DNA of 64,000 nucleotides, taken from contig CBDCVC010000003.1 of the NCBI GenBank assembly GCA_965222875.1, forward strand, positions 1,921,788 through 1,985,787. The letters run 5' to 3'. This document shows positions 48,147 to 57,294 of the stretch, piece after piece. Positions within the stretch are counted from its first letter, which is position 1, and the number at the start of each line of letters is the position of its first letter. Below the pieces are notes generated by a model. That model had not been told where the DNA came from. It searched no databases and saw nothing but the letters and a program-made list of their open reading frames with translations. The position numbers were made by a program, and so were the translations under genes. This DNA is from Candidatus Multivorans sp. Its GTDB lineage: Bacteria > Acidobacteriota > Thermoanaerobaculia > Multivoradales > Multivoraceae.

Positions 48147-48398
48147 ATGCCCGACGACAGGAGTAGTGTAGTTGATCAACACGAGCGAGACGACGAACGT
48201 ATCCTCGCCGCCCTGTTCAGCCTGCGACGGATCGCTGACCGCGACGTGGTGGCGACGATGCTCGAAGAGTTCCTGAACTACTGCGAGCAGGACCCCGAAG
48301 GCGCATTCGACCGCTTCTGGCGCGACGACGACGATTCGGACGACGACGACGATCTGGACGACGACGATGGGCCGGACGACTCGAACACCCCGTTCTAA
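48147..48398 (+). CDS. Small hypothetical protein with poly-Asp C-terminal tail
   Basis: 84 aa. Strong SD (AAAGGAGGA) 8-10 bp upstream. Tail DDDDSDDDDDLDDDDGPDD is encoded by a GAC-rich tract. Confidence 0.5.
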   Translation: MPDDRSSVVDQHERDDERILAALFSLRRIADRDVVATMLEEFLNYCEQDPEGAFDRFWRDDDDSDDDDDLDDDDGPDDSNTPF

Positions 48399-48408
48399 GC
48401 AGGATCAC

Positions 48409-48684
48409 ATGAGCGATCAAGCTTCACTGATGTTTGCAACGGTGGCGGCACAGCTTCTCTACGAATCGCACAACCCCGAGCCCACGCCACGAAACGATGA
48501 ATTGGCCAAAGCGGTGTTTCAGAGGATCGGTGAACTCCGGGATTGGGTGGTGAACCCAAGCGGTGAACCCAATCCCACGCCCGACGAGATAGCCGCTCTT
48601 GATGCCATGCTGTCGATGTTCGCCGGCGTGTTCTCCGCTCGGTGTGGGGTTCCGCCACCCGCGCCACCACAGTCGCTGAACTGA
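48409..48684 (+). CDS. Small hypothetical protein
   Basis: 91 aa beginning MSDQASLMF, 11 bp after the previous stop. No recognisable domain. Confidence 0.4.
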   Translation: MSDQASLMFATVAAQLLYESHNPEPTPRNDELAKAVFQRIGELRDWVVNPSGEPNPTPDEIAALDAMLSMFAGVFSARCGVPPPAPPQSLN

Positions 48685-48849
48685 CCGTCACGGGGTTCAG
48701 GGCAACCGTTGGAGGCGTTTTGGACCGAAGTTCTGCGGCTTTCAAGGTACGCGGCGCGCCGGAGACCGTTGCGGGGCTTGAGCTTCCGGTTGTCCGCGGA
48801 GAGTTTCTCTCTGCCGTTTGTAGCCATGTAGTATCGTGATTTACGGTAT

Positions 48850-50500
48850 ACATTTGCTCGCAGTTCGACTACAATGAGAAGTCATGTACATCGAACGAGT
48901 GCCCAATCGCAACTCACCCCCGGCCGTGCTCCTGAGAGAGTCCTACCGACAGGACGGAAAGGTCCGCAAACGCACCCTCGCCAACCTCTCCAAGTGGCCG
49001 GACCACATCGTCGAAGGACTGCGCACGCTCCTCAAGGGCGGCGTCGCCCTGCCGGCGCTCGACGCGGCCTTCGAGATCCTCCGCTCCAGACCCCACGGAC
49101 ACGTCGCCGCCACCCTCGGGGCCCTGCGCAGCCTCGGACTCGAACGACTCCTCGACCGCCGACCCTCCCGCGAACGGGCGCTGGCCGTCGCCATGATCGT
49201 CGCACGCATCCTGGAACCGGCCTCCAAGCTCGCTGTCGCCCGTGGACTCGCAAACGAGACCATGAGGCACACCCTGGGCGAAGAACTGGGTGTCGAGGAG
49301 GCGGACGCCGACGAACTCTACGCCGCCATGGACTGGCTGCTCCGACGCCAGGAACGCATCGAGCGGCGACTCGCCGAGAGGCATCTCGAAGACGGCGCCC
49401 TGGTCCTGTGCGACGTGACCTCGGTCTACTTCGAAGGCTCGAAGTGCCCGCTCTCCCGGCGCGGGTACTCCAAGGACGGCAAGCCGGGAAAGGCCCAGAT
49501 CGTCTTCGGCCTGCTGTGCAACCGCGAGGGCTGCCCGGTCGCGGTGGAGGTCTTCGAGGGCAGTACGGCCGATCCTTCGACCCTGAGCGCCCAGGTGCAC
49601 AAACTCAAGGAACGCTTCTCGCTGGAGAGGATCGTCGTGGTCGGCGACCGCGGCCTGCTCACCTGCGCGCGCATTCGCGAGGACCTCGAACCCGCCGGGC
49701 TGTCGTGGATCACCTCCCTGCGGGCGCCTGCGGTCCGCAAGCTGGCGCAGGAGGGCCACCTGCAACTGTCGCTCTTCGATGAGCGGGACATGGCCGAGAT
49801 CAGCGTCCCGGAGCTGTATCCCGGCGAGCGCCTGATCGTGTGCCGAAACCCGCTGCTGGCGGCGGAGAGGACCCGCAAGCGCCTGGAACTGCTCGACGCC
49901 ACCGAACGCCGGCTTCAGGCCGTCGCCGAAGCGACAAGGCGCCGAAAACGCCCTCTGAGGGGAGAGAAGGAGATCGCCGTGCGCGCCGACCGCGCCCTTT
50001 CCGCCAAGAAGGTCGGAAAGCACTTCGACATCGAGATCGAAGACGACGGATTCCGCTACTCGCGCAACCAGGAGCGCATCGACGCCGAAGCCGCTCTCGA
50101 CGGCTTCTACGTCATCCGCACCAACGTCTGCGAAGACCGCCTCGCCGCCGACGAAGCGGTCCGCTCATACAAGAGCCTCAGCTGCGTCGAACGAGCCTTC
50201 CGAAGCTTCAAGAGCGTCGACCTCAAGGTGCGGCCCGTCCACCACCGCCTCGCCGGACGCGTCCGATGCCACGTCTTCCTGTGCATGCTCGCCTACTACG
50301 TCGAGTGGCACATGCGACGCTTGCTCGCGCCGCTGCTCTTCGACGACCACGACCACCGGGACGAACGCAACTCGCCCGTGGAACCGGCCCGCCGCTCGCA
50401 GGCCGCCCGCACCAAGGCCGGCCGCTAACGAACAACGGACGGACTCCCCGTACAAAGCTTCCAGACTCTGCTCGCCGACCTCGCCACCCTGACCAGGAAC
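48850..50500 (+). mobile_element. IS1634-family element (approximate extent)
   Basis: Lower-GC left end immediately upstream of the transposase ATG. Right boundary placed before the paralog-tail remnant at 50520. Ends not resolved by eye. Confidence 0.35.
48884..50428 (+). CDS. IS1634-family (IS4 superfamily) transposase
   Basis: 514 aa. N-terminus MYIERVPNRNSPPAVLLRESYRQDGKVRKRTLANLSKW is the characteristic IS1634-group start. DDE region further on. Confidence 0.75.
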   Translation: MYIERVPNRNSPPAVLLRESYRQDGKVRKRTLANLSKWPDHIVEGLRTLLKGGVALPALDAAFEILRSRPHGHVAATLGALRSLGLERLLDRRPSRERALAVAMIVARILEPASKLAVARGLANETMRHTLGEELGVEEADADELYAAMDWLLRRQERIERRLAERHLEDGALVLCDVTSVYFEGSKCPLSRRGYSKDGKPGKAQIVFGLLCNREGCPVAVEVFEGSTADPSTLSAQVHKLKERFSLERIVVVGDRGLLTCARIREDLEPAGLSWITSLRAPAVRKLAQEGHLQLSLFDERDMAEISVPELYPGERLIVCRNPLLAAERTRKRLELLDATERRLQAVAEATRRRKRPLRGEKEIAVRADRALSAKKVGKHFDIEIEDDGFRYSRNQERIDAEAALDGFYVIRTNVCEDRLAADEAVRSYKSLSCVERAFRSFKSVDLKVRPVHHRLAGRVRCHVFLCMLAYYVEWHMRRLLAPLLFDDHDHRDERNSPVEPARRSQAARTKAGR

Positions 50501-50519
50501 CGCGTAAGCACGCCCAACG

Positions 50520-50569
50520 CCGGCGGCGGCGGCTCCGAGTAGCCGACTCCTGGGTTGCACCCGCCCGGC
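50520..50569 (+). repeat. Remnant of a third paralog 3' end plus repeat-B head
   Basis: CCGGCGGCGGCGGCTCCGAGTAG matches the last 23 nt of paralog 1 (...TGGGGSE*) apart from the stop codon. It is followed 7 bp later by CTGGGTTGCACCCGCCCGG, the first 19 nt of repeat B. Confidence 0.5.
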
Positions 50570-50932
50570 TTCCCGGGTCGGCCGTAAGGCTTGGATCCCT
50601 TCCGATAGCATCGAGAGGCAGGCACTCCTATGTGGAAGGGCCCGAGCCCCAAACTCCCAGTGACAGCGTTCTTCATCTTCAGCCTCCTCGTTTCGGTGGG
50701 GTTTCTGCTGATGATCACAATCGATTTGGCGCGTGACATCCGACCGCCGAAAGATCGCCGGTCGTTGTGGTCGTGGCGAGGTGCGCGAAAGAAGCCACGG
50801 AAGCTGCGCCGCTAGGGACAGCTTGACTGGACACGCCGGATAGCTGTCGGTGTGGCCCCCCAGTGCGGCGGGGACAGTTGCCGCATGCCCTGGCTCGTCG
50901 GAGAAGGTGCGATGGTCCTACGCCGTCCAGCC

Positions 50933-51130
50933 CGTGCAGGGGTCTGAGGGGTCAACTCCAGGTGGCTCGGAACGAGCGACGGCCGGCGCCCTCACAGGAA
51001 CCGACGACCAACCGGAGCGAGTGGGGTGAAGCGAGCGCCAACTCCCCCATATCCGATCAAGCGCGAGCGGCACCTGGAGGTTGACCCCTCAGGCCCCGGA
51101 ACGGGCGGGTGCAACCTCCAGCCGCGGCCA
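50933..51130. repeat. Repeat family B copy 2 with MITE-like internal 22-bp inverted repeats
   Basis: TGAGGGGTCAACTCCAGGTG at 50933-50955 and CACCTGGAGGTTGACCCCTCAGG at 51064-51086 are inverted. 51035-51125 matches the 47095-47195 repeat in reverse complement. Confidence 0.45.
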
Positions 51131-51195
51131 CAGCCCACTCCAGCCGTAGCCACCGGCTGCTATGGTCGGCGGCTCAACTCCCTGGAGGACAATCG

Positions 51196-51681
51196 ATGCG
51201 CCGCACTCTCTTTGTTCTGTTGATCGCTATTCTTCTGTCCGTGACTGGCGTCGCTGCCGACAACCACGGGCCCAAGGTCGCCGACCTGGCCTGGATGACC
51301 GGGACCTGGAGCGGCGGCATCGGTCAGGGCTCCCTGGAGGAGAACTGGGCAGTGCCGAAGAACGGCTCGATGGCGGCGCTGGTGCGGGGTTTCTCGCCTG
51401 ACGGCACAACGAACATGATCGAACTGATCTCGATCGAGGAAGAGAACGATTCCCTGGTGCTGCGTCTCAAGCAGTGGAACCCGGGCATGACGCCACGCGC
51501 CGAGGGCTTCCAGGTCATGAAGCTCGTTGAGTCGAAGGACCGGATGGTCAGGTTCGAGAACATCGGCGAGCGCGGCCTGGCCAAGCTCGGCTACAGCCGG
51601 CCTGCCGACGACACATTCGTGATCTCGATCGAAACCCCCACCGGTCAGGCGTTCGACATCGAGCTCACCGCGGTCAAGTAG
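51196..51681 (+). CDS. Hypothetical secreted protein (lipocalin-like DUF candidate)
   Basis: Signal peptide. WMTGTWSG...EENW motif. ~160 aa mature domain. Confidence 0.45.
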   Translation: MRRTLFVLLIAILLSVTGVAADNHGPKVADLAWMTGTWSGGIGQGSLEENWAVPKNGSMAALVRGFSPDGTTNMIELISIEEENDSLVLRLKQWNPGMTPRAEGFQVMKLVESKDRMVRFENIGERGLAKLGYSRPADDTFVISIETPTGQAFDIELTAVK

Positions 51682-51692
51682 AAACCGCGGTC

Positions 51693-52364
51693 GTGACCAT
51701 GGCTCGGAGCCGGCTGGTACCGCTGGCGTCCGTGGCGCTGTTTGTAGCGGGCGTCGAGTTGTTCGCGGGCAGCAGCGCCGTCGCCCAGCGGAAGCCGGCC
51801 AGCCCCGCCGGCGAGGCCGCGGCGCAGATCGGCGGAGTCTTCGATCCCCGCTCCGGCTACGTCAACGGCGGCTGGATCGAGGTCAAGTTCGGCCGGCCGC
51901 TCCGCCGCGGCCGGGACATCTTCGGACCGCCGGACTTCATCGCCTTCCTGAACGACGGCGCACCGGTCTGGCGTGCCGGCGCGAACTACACGACCCGGCT
52001 GATCACGGAGTTGCCGCTCGTCATCGCCGACATACGGCTCGAGCCGGGCGAGTACACGCTGTTCATCCAGGTCGGCCCGGAACGATGGATCCTGATCATC
52101 TCGACGTGGCCGGCGCAGGAGACCTACGACTACCAGGAACGGGAAGCGCTGTTCGGCGCCTACGGCTACACCCCGGACAGGGACCTGCTGCGCACCGACA
52201 TGACGCTCCAACCCCTGCCGATCTCCTTCGAGCAGTTGTCGTGGCAGTTTCTCGACGTGACCCCGGAGGGAGGTCGGTTGGCACTCCTCTGGGACCGGCA
52301 GATGGCGTCCGTGCCATTCCAGGTGGTCGGCCCGGCGGCCGAGTCCGCAGCCCCACCTGAGTAG
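51693..52364 (+). CDS. DUF2911 domain-containing secreted protein
   Basis: Signal peptide. Blocks QIGGV...GGWIEVKFGRP..RGRDIFG...VWRAGANYTT...EPGEYTLFI match the DUF2911 pattern. Confidence 0.6.
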   Translation: MTMARSRLVPLASVALFVAGVELFAGSSAVAQRKPASPAGEAAAQIGGVFDPRSGYVNGGWIEVKFGRPLRRGRDIFGPPDFIAFLNDGAPVWRAGANYTTRLITELPLVIADIRLEPGEYTLFIQVGPERWILIISTWPAQETYDYQEREALFGAYGYTPDRDLLRTDMTLQPLPISFEQLSWQFLDVTPEGGRLALLWDRQMASVPFQVVGPAAESAAPPE

Positions 52365-52372
52365 CGCGATCA

Positions 52373-52816
52373 ATGAGCGAAACCGCAGCTACGGGTCAGA
52401 GAATGCGCGGCCGGTGCCTGTGCGGCGCGGTGCAGTTCGAGGTCGACGTGCCGGAGCGCACCTACAGCGTCTGCCACTGCGGCATGTGCCGGCGCTGGTC
52501 CGGCGGGCCGCTGATGTCCGTCCACTGCCCCGAGCCCCGGACGGAGTGGCTGAACGACGAGGGGCTGACCTGGTACCAGGGAACGCCCTGGGCCCAGCGG
52601 GGCTTCTGCTCCCGCTGCGGATCGAGCCTGTTCTGGCGGCTCGCGCAGCAGCCGGAAGGCATGTTGGTCGTCAGCGTCGACGCGCTGGAGGATGCCGACG
52701 GGTTCCAGCTCGACCGCCACATCTACAGCGACGCCAAGCCCGACCGCTACGACTTCGCGGACGATCGGCCGCGGTTGACGGAGGCGGAAGTGCTGAAGGA
52801 AGTGGGGCTGGGTTAG
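52373..52816 (+). CDS. GFA family protein (glutathione-dependent formaldehyde-activating enzyme/CENP-V fold)
   Basis: 147 aa with CLCGAVQF...CHCGMCRRWSGGP and CSRCGSSLF zinc-binding Cys motifs. Confidence 0.7.
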   Translation: MSETAATGQRMRGRCLCGAVQFEVDVPERTYSVCHCGMCRRWSGGPLMSVHCPEPRTEWLNDEGLTWYQGTPWAQRGFCSRCGSSLFWRLAQQPEGMLVVSVDALEDADGFQLDRHIYSDAKPDRYDFADDRPRLTEAEVLKEVGLG

Positions 52817-52850
52817 CGGAGCCCGACCTTACTGCCACGGTGCGACTGAT

Positions 52851-55800
52851 CTAGCCGAGCAAGCGCTCTTCAAGCACCTTGATCGCGTCGATCGCACTGG
52901 TCCCAAGGGCAGCATCATCCTTGTAGCCTCTCAGAAGGCGTCGGTCCGTGCTGTTTCCAAGGCGCGCCAAGACATCCATGGCGAAAGGGAGGTTCTGTCG
53001 CTCGTCGTAGCTTGAACCACTCCCGAAGTAGCCAATCTGGCTCGACGGGTCGGTCAGAGCGTGGCGACAGACTTCAACGGCCTCGGCCGGAAAAGCACTT
53101 ACGATCGATAGTTCCGGCGATGTCGCTCCGGCAGGCCCCTTCAAGTTCTCAGCCAGTCCCCACCTCCGAAGTTCGTGCTCGCAATGCCGGATCACGTCGA
53201 GCGCAGCACCGCGGTCATGCCGGAGCAGGAGCTGAAGGGGTGCCTCGCAAGAACGCCGCCGCGTTATCTCGTCCAGATCGTGGCGGTTGAGCCAATAGAG
53301 AATCGCCCCGCAAGCAGCCAACGCTTCCGCTGAGTACCCGTCGCCCCCCGTTTGGTCAGGTAGAGGGCAACCGAGTCGACCGAGAACAACGTGAGCGACC
53401 GCGAAGACCACAATCGCTTCCTGCGGCATGAAGCTGTCGGTCGGCGGCAAAGCGGTCCACAGCGAGAAGCAATCCCCGCTGTCAGGGTCGCCGAATGCCG
53501 CCAACTCCAGGAGAAGAGGCAGCAGGAAGCCCATCGTGTCCGGAACACCCTTCGCCGCCATCATGAGGAGGGTCTTGCGGTCGTGTTCCGGAAGCTCGGT
53601 GATCGCCTCGCTGTACGCTCCGCGATAGGGGTGAAGGTCGAGTCGCTTCGCGTAGAGACCATACGCCTGTAGGCGACGACTCGCGTCTTCGGGACCGGCG
53701 AGACACCGACTGATCTGTTGCCGGACCACTGCTACATGCTCGCCTTCGGAGTCTTCAAAGGCACCGAGGATCTGCAGCGTCTCTCCAATCGAGGATGCGA
53801 TAAGCGCATTCCTCGGTTGGGGCAACTCCGCAATCGTCGCAATCAGAACCGCCCTAGCGTTCTCCTCAGATGGTTGAGACGTCGCCGCGCCGTGCAAGAG
53901 GTCGAGCTTCAAGTGATAGGGCGCGTGTGTCCAGTGCGACTCAATCGCTCCGATCAGGAACGGGACCGCAAGGTCGGCACCCTGGCTCAGCATCAGAAGC
54001 AGGTAAACCTGTCCGGGCGACAAGGTCTCGACCTCCTGACTCTTCCGGATGGTCCGGCTGACAGCATCGGATGGCCTGTCAACGAAGCAACCGTGCAGGC
54101 GCGCGCAGATGTGCGAAACGCCCGCCCACGCACTCTGTGGGCCAACGGGGCTGACATAGGCGTTTGCGAACAAGGCGTCTCTCAGCGAGACCTTCAGTTC
54201 CCGAGCGCCCTCACGAAGGCGTATCTCTTCCTCGGCGATCCTCTGGTCCAGGACACCGATCGCCTCAAGGGCCTCCCCCAAGTACCGCCCCTCGCCGATC
54301 AGCTTAGGCATTGCCGCCAAGAGGGCGCGTTCCAAGCGGGTCCAGGGCCTCAGTGTCTTCTCCTCAAAGGAGGCCTTCCACCACGCGTCGTCCGACAGTC
54401 CGAAACTCACCCCCAACGCCTCCGCCCGAAGAGCCTTCCAAAGCGCTGAATAACGGGCTTCCGCCCATTCCCGTGCTTCCTGACCGCATTCGCCGCGGAC
54501 ACACGCAACAACGGACTCCACATCGGTCAACCCTTCCAGGACCTCATGTCGGAGGAGATCGTCGTCTATGGCACCTATGATCAGTGCCTTGCGGCCTGCA
54601 TGTGGCGGGGATTCCAGCGCCTTCAGCACGCGCCCGGCCAGGCCGTCAGCACGGCGAAGCACGTTCTCCGCCGCGAAAGCATCGAAGAACATCTCGTGCG
54701 CGAAGCTGACCCTGTTGCCACGCGACACCATGAATCCGCCGTCTGCAAGGCGGACGCTGTCCCCTGAGGCGCGCTGCTCGTCAGCCTGTCGATCGAAATC
54801 CCGGCGTGACAAGCTGAACGCCACCCGATCCGAGAGCCAGCCTGCCAAGTGCGAGAGTAAAGGGATCCCCTCGGTAGCAGAATCGCCCAGCCGTTTTCGC
54901 GCGTACCCGTAGAACAATGCATGGCGGCTACTGCCGGGCTCCATCTCCTGACCGATTTCCCCGATCATCCTGGCCTCCAGACCGGACGTAACTGCTTCAA
55001 GCAGGTCCTCCGATTGCTTCGGCAGCGCGGCGCCGCCGGTCCAGCTCAGAGCGATGGCCACCTTCGTCTCCCTATCGGGCGCCCGCACTTCGACTTCACG
55101 AAGCCTCAACCTGTCTCCCCGCACCAAGGGGATCTGCGAGGTAACTACAACGCCTCCCCGGTACATTCGGGCCAGCGCAGCCACCCTGCGCGTGAGAAAG
55201 GCTCGATCCGCTTCCGCGCATTCGTTGTAACCGTCAACGACGAACACGAGGGGTCGGTTCAGAGCTCGCGCCGCCCTCAGCAGCTTTACCGCCGGTGAAT
55301 CAACCAAGGTCCTGACTTCGCGCTCAAGGACCGCTTTCGCGTTTCCAGCGTAGTCCTTGACGGGAATCAGGACTGGGATCCCATCGAGTTCCGTCAGTGC
55401 GAGCGCAGCCTTCGCGGCCAAGAGGGACTTGCCGCAGCCGGATGGTCCCTTGATCAGGACATCGGTCCGTTCCTCGCCGATCAGACGGCGTACTTGCCCG
55501 GAAGACACGTCCTTGCCTTCCACTCGGCAGTTGAACGGAATCATCGCCCCCGGCCGCATCTGGTCGCGGCGGAAGGCCGTCACGTACTGCCGAAGAAGAT
55601 TCTCCGCTTCGAACAGCGCCGAATCACACGCGCTCTCAAGCCCAGAAACCGCGGTAAGGCGATGGCGCTCGGCGAGAGCCTCCCAGTCATCGAGCGATGG
55701 GCCGCCCTCCTGCCTCTGTCGCAACAACCCATCCAGGTCATTCAGCCCTCCCACTGAGACCTTGAAGTCGCCCTCGCAGGCCTTGGAGCCATCCGGAATG

Positions 55801-56312
55801 CCCCGTGTGAAGATGACGGCCGCATCCGGGTACGGGACCTCGCTTCCGACGATTGAGCCCATCGCGTCCCTCACCTTGTTCTTGGCGTCAAGGGCCTGAA
55901 GGTAGGGATTCCGGAAGTTCACCCAGTCACCGGAAGCCGCTTGGTACTGCCATAGCCCGTTCCTGCCACCCCGGATCGGTCGAGAGTGACCCTTGGCCTC
56001 GATGACCAGGGCCATCTCCTCCAGGCCCACGATGAGGTCTATCTGACGCCCTCCGAGGTTCACATTCGCGAGGACCACCGCGTCCCGTTTGTCACGCCCG
56101 AGCAGCGATAGGACCCGTTCGAGCGCAGCCCGATCGGACCCGTGGGCAACCCGATCTCCAATGTAGAGGCTCGTCACGGACAGCTCGCGGGACAGCGTGG
56201 CTGCTGTAGGCGAGACGACACAGCGACAGACACCGGAACGCGCTGGATGCCCGGCTGCTAGGCCCGCCGGCCCTCGTTGATCCGCCGACTGAGGCAAGCG
56301 GGGCACATGCAC
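52851..56312 (-). CDS. NERD nuclease-related domain, NACHT/STAND P-loop NTPase and long alpha-helical repeat (HEAT/ARM-like) protein; candidate defence NTPase
   Basis: N-terminal NERD signature (IDLIVGLEEMALVIEAKGHS...NPYLQAL). Walker A LIKGPSGCGKSLLA. NACHT-type Walker B LVFVVDGYNECAEAD. ~700 aa of helical repeats. True start probably internal, at GTG/ATG ~56150-56250. Confidence 0.6.
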   Translation of the reverse strand: MHVPRLPQSADQRGPAGLAAGHPARSGVCRCVVSPTAATLSRELSVTSLYIGDRVAHGSDRAALERVLSLLGRDKRDAVVLANVNLGGRQIDLIVGLEEMALVIEAKGHSRPIRGGRNGLWQYQAASGDWVNFRNPYLQALDAKNKVRDAMGSIVGSEVPYPDAAVIFTRGIPDGSKACEGDFKVSVGGLNDLDGLLRQRQEGGPSLDDWEALAERHRLTAVSGLESACDSALFEAENLLRQYVTAFRRDQMRPGAMIPFNCRVEGKDVSSGQVRRLIGEERTDVLIKGPSGCGKSLLAAKAALALTELDGIPVLIPVKDYAGNAKAVLEREVRTLVDSPAVKLLRAARALNRPLVFVVDGYNECAEADRAFLTRRVAALARMYRGGVVVTSQIPLVRGDRLRLREVEVRAPDRETKVAIALSWTGGAALPKQSEDLLEAVTSGLEARMIGEIGQEMEPGSSRHALFYGYARKRLGDSATEGIPLLSHLAGWLSDRVAFSLSRRDFDRQADEQRASGDSVRLADGGFMVSRGNRVSFAHEMFFDAFAAENVLRRADGLAGRVLKALESPPHAGRKALIIGAIDDDLLRHEVLEGLTDVESVVACVRGECGQEAREWAEARYSALWKALRAEALGVSFGLSDDAWWKASFEEKTLRPWTRLERALLAAMPKLIGEGRYLGEALEAIGVLDQRIAEEEIRLREGARELKVSLRDALFANAYVSPVGPQSAWAGVSHICARLHGCFVDRPSDAVSRTIRKSQEVETLSPGQVYLLLMLSQGADLAVPFLIGAIESHWTHAPYHLKLDLLHGAATSQPSEENARAVLIATIAELPQPRNALIASSIGETLQILGAFEDSEGEHVAVVRQQISRCLAGPEDASRRLQAYGLYAKRLDLHPYRGAYSEAITELPEHDRKTLLMMAAKGVPDTMGFLLPLLLELAAFGDPDSGDCFSLWTALPPTDSFMPQEAIVVFAVAHVVLGRLGCPLPDQTGGDGYSAEALAACGAILYWLNRHDLDEITRRRSCEAPLQLLLRHDRGAALDVIRHCEHELRRWGLAENLKGPAGATSPELSIVSAFPAEAVEVCRHALTDPSSQIGYFGSGSSYDERQNLPFAMDVLARLGNSTDRRLLRGYKDDAALGTSAIDAIKVLEERLLG

Positions 56313-57039
56313 CCCGAGTTCCCGAGCTCCTTGTGAGCCAGCCCGTGAACGACGCCGTCTTCTGCGTCGAACTTGCTCGCGATGCGGTCGAAGTATTGCG
56401 CGTCCCCAGCTTGATATCGACGAAAGACCGCGTAGGCCACATGGTCAGCTAGCTGAATCACCCGAGAAGCTCGCGAGTCAACGAAGAGCGGCGTATCCGC
56501 CAAGCGCCTGATGACGCCCCACCGTGTGCCCAGGGTGCGAAACCCAACAGACATCCGCTGAAGAGTCGTCTCATAGGCACTCTTGTCGAGGATCACGAGT
56601 CCCCGCTGCCTGTCGCCTTCGGCTTGCAGCCGCCCCAGGTAGCGATCGAATCGAATCGGCTGCAGAGGTCCTCGAACGCGATCTCCATCGGGTCTCGATT
56701 CGGGAACGAAGCCTTGTGGACCACACAGGCAAACGCTCGTGCCGTGTCATAGGCGCTTGCCAACACGTCGAGAACAGACTTGATCGAGCCCCTGGCTTCC
56801 TCCTGACTCAGTCCCTTCCACGGCGCACTTCGTCGAGAGTAGATCTCCGAGGCGTGAAACTCGATGCCGTGGGGATCACCCGCGTCGATGCTCTCCGCGA
56901 GTTTGTCCAGCTCCTTGGTGATCCAGTGCGACTGCGCCTCGTAGACCGACACTCCACCGAGGACGAGGTAGTCCTCCTTGACGTTGCCGGCGGAGCCAGA
57001 GTCGTCGAGGTAGAGCAGATGCACGGTCGTGGCACTCAA
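56258..57039 (-). CDS. DUF3800 family protein, split into two overlapping ORFs (56593-57039 N-terminal part; 56258-56596 C-terminal part)
   Basis: N-terminal LYLDDSGS (the DESG motif) and C-terminal VIQLADHVAYA (the QxxD motif) are the two hallmarks of DUF3800. The ORFs overlap by ATGA at 56593-56596, so this is a frameshifted gene or two coupled pieces. Confidence 0.5.
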
Positions 57040-57169
57040 AGAAAAAGCAGCCGGGTGAGCTAGTGCTCAGCGGACCGCCGAGGCAGCCCTCCCAACCGCT
57101 TCAAAGATCCTGACCGATGTGGACCACCGTTGTCAATGACCCACGGAGCACGGGGACCAAGTTCGGCTG

Positions 57170-57283
57170 CACACCGGATGCGGGCAGGATGCCCGCGTAC
57201 CATCCGTGCGCCCGATGACGGGCACACGGAGTGGTTCGCGTGTGGCGCGGGTCGCGCCACACGGGTTCCCAGGGGTCCCCGTC
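57170..57283. repeat. Intergenic repeat family A, copy 2 (immediately 3' of paralog 2)
   Basis: GGATGCGGGCAGGATGCCCGCGTACCATCC...GTGGCGCGGGTCGCGCCAC. See 39777-39880. Confidence 0.6.
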
Positions 57284-57294
57284 CTCCGGTCCTG

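Noticed and set aside
48600-50600. Long variable direct repeats expected around IS1634 insertions
   Set aside because: The flanks were searched. The right-flank sequence at 50520-50600 does not recur on the left flank. It matches the 3' end of the paralog gene instead, so it was interpreted as a deletion footprint, not a TSD.
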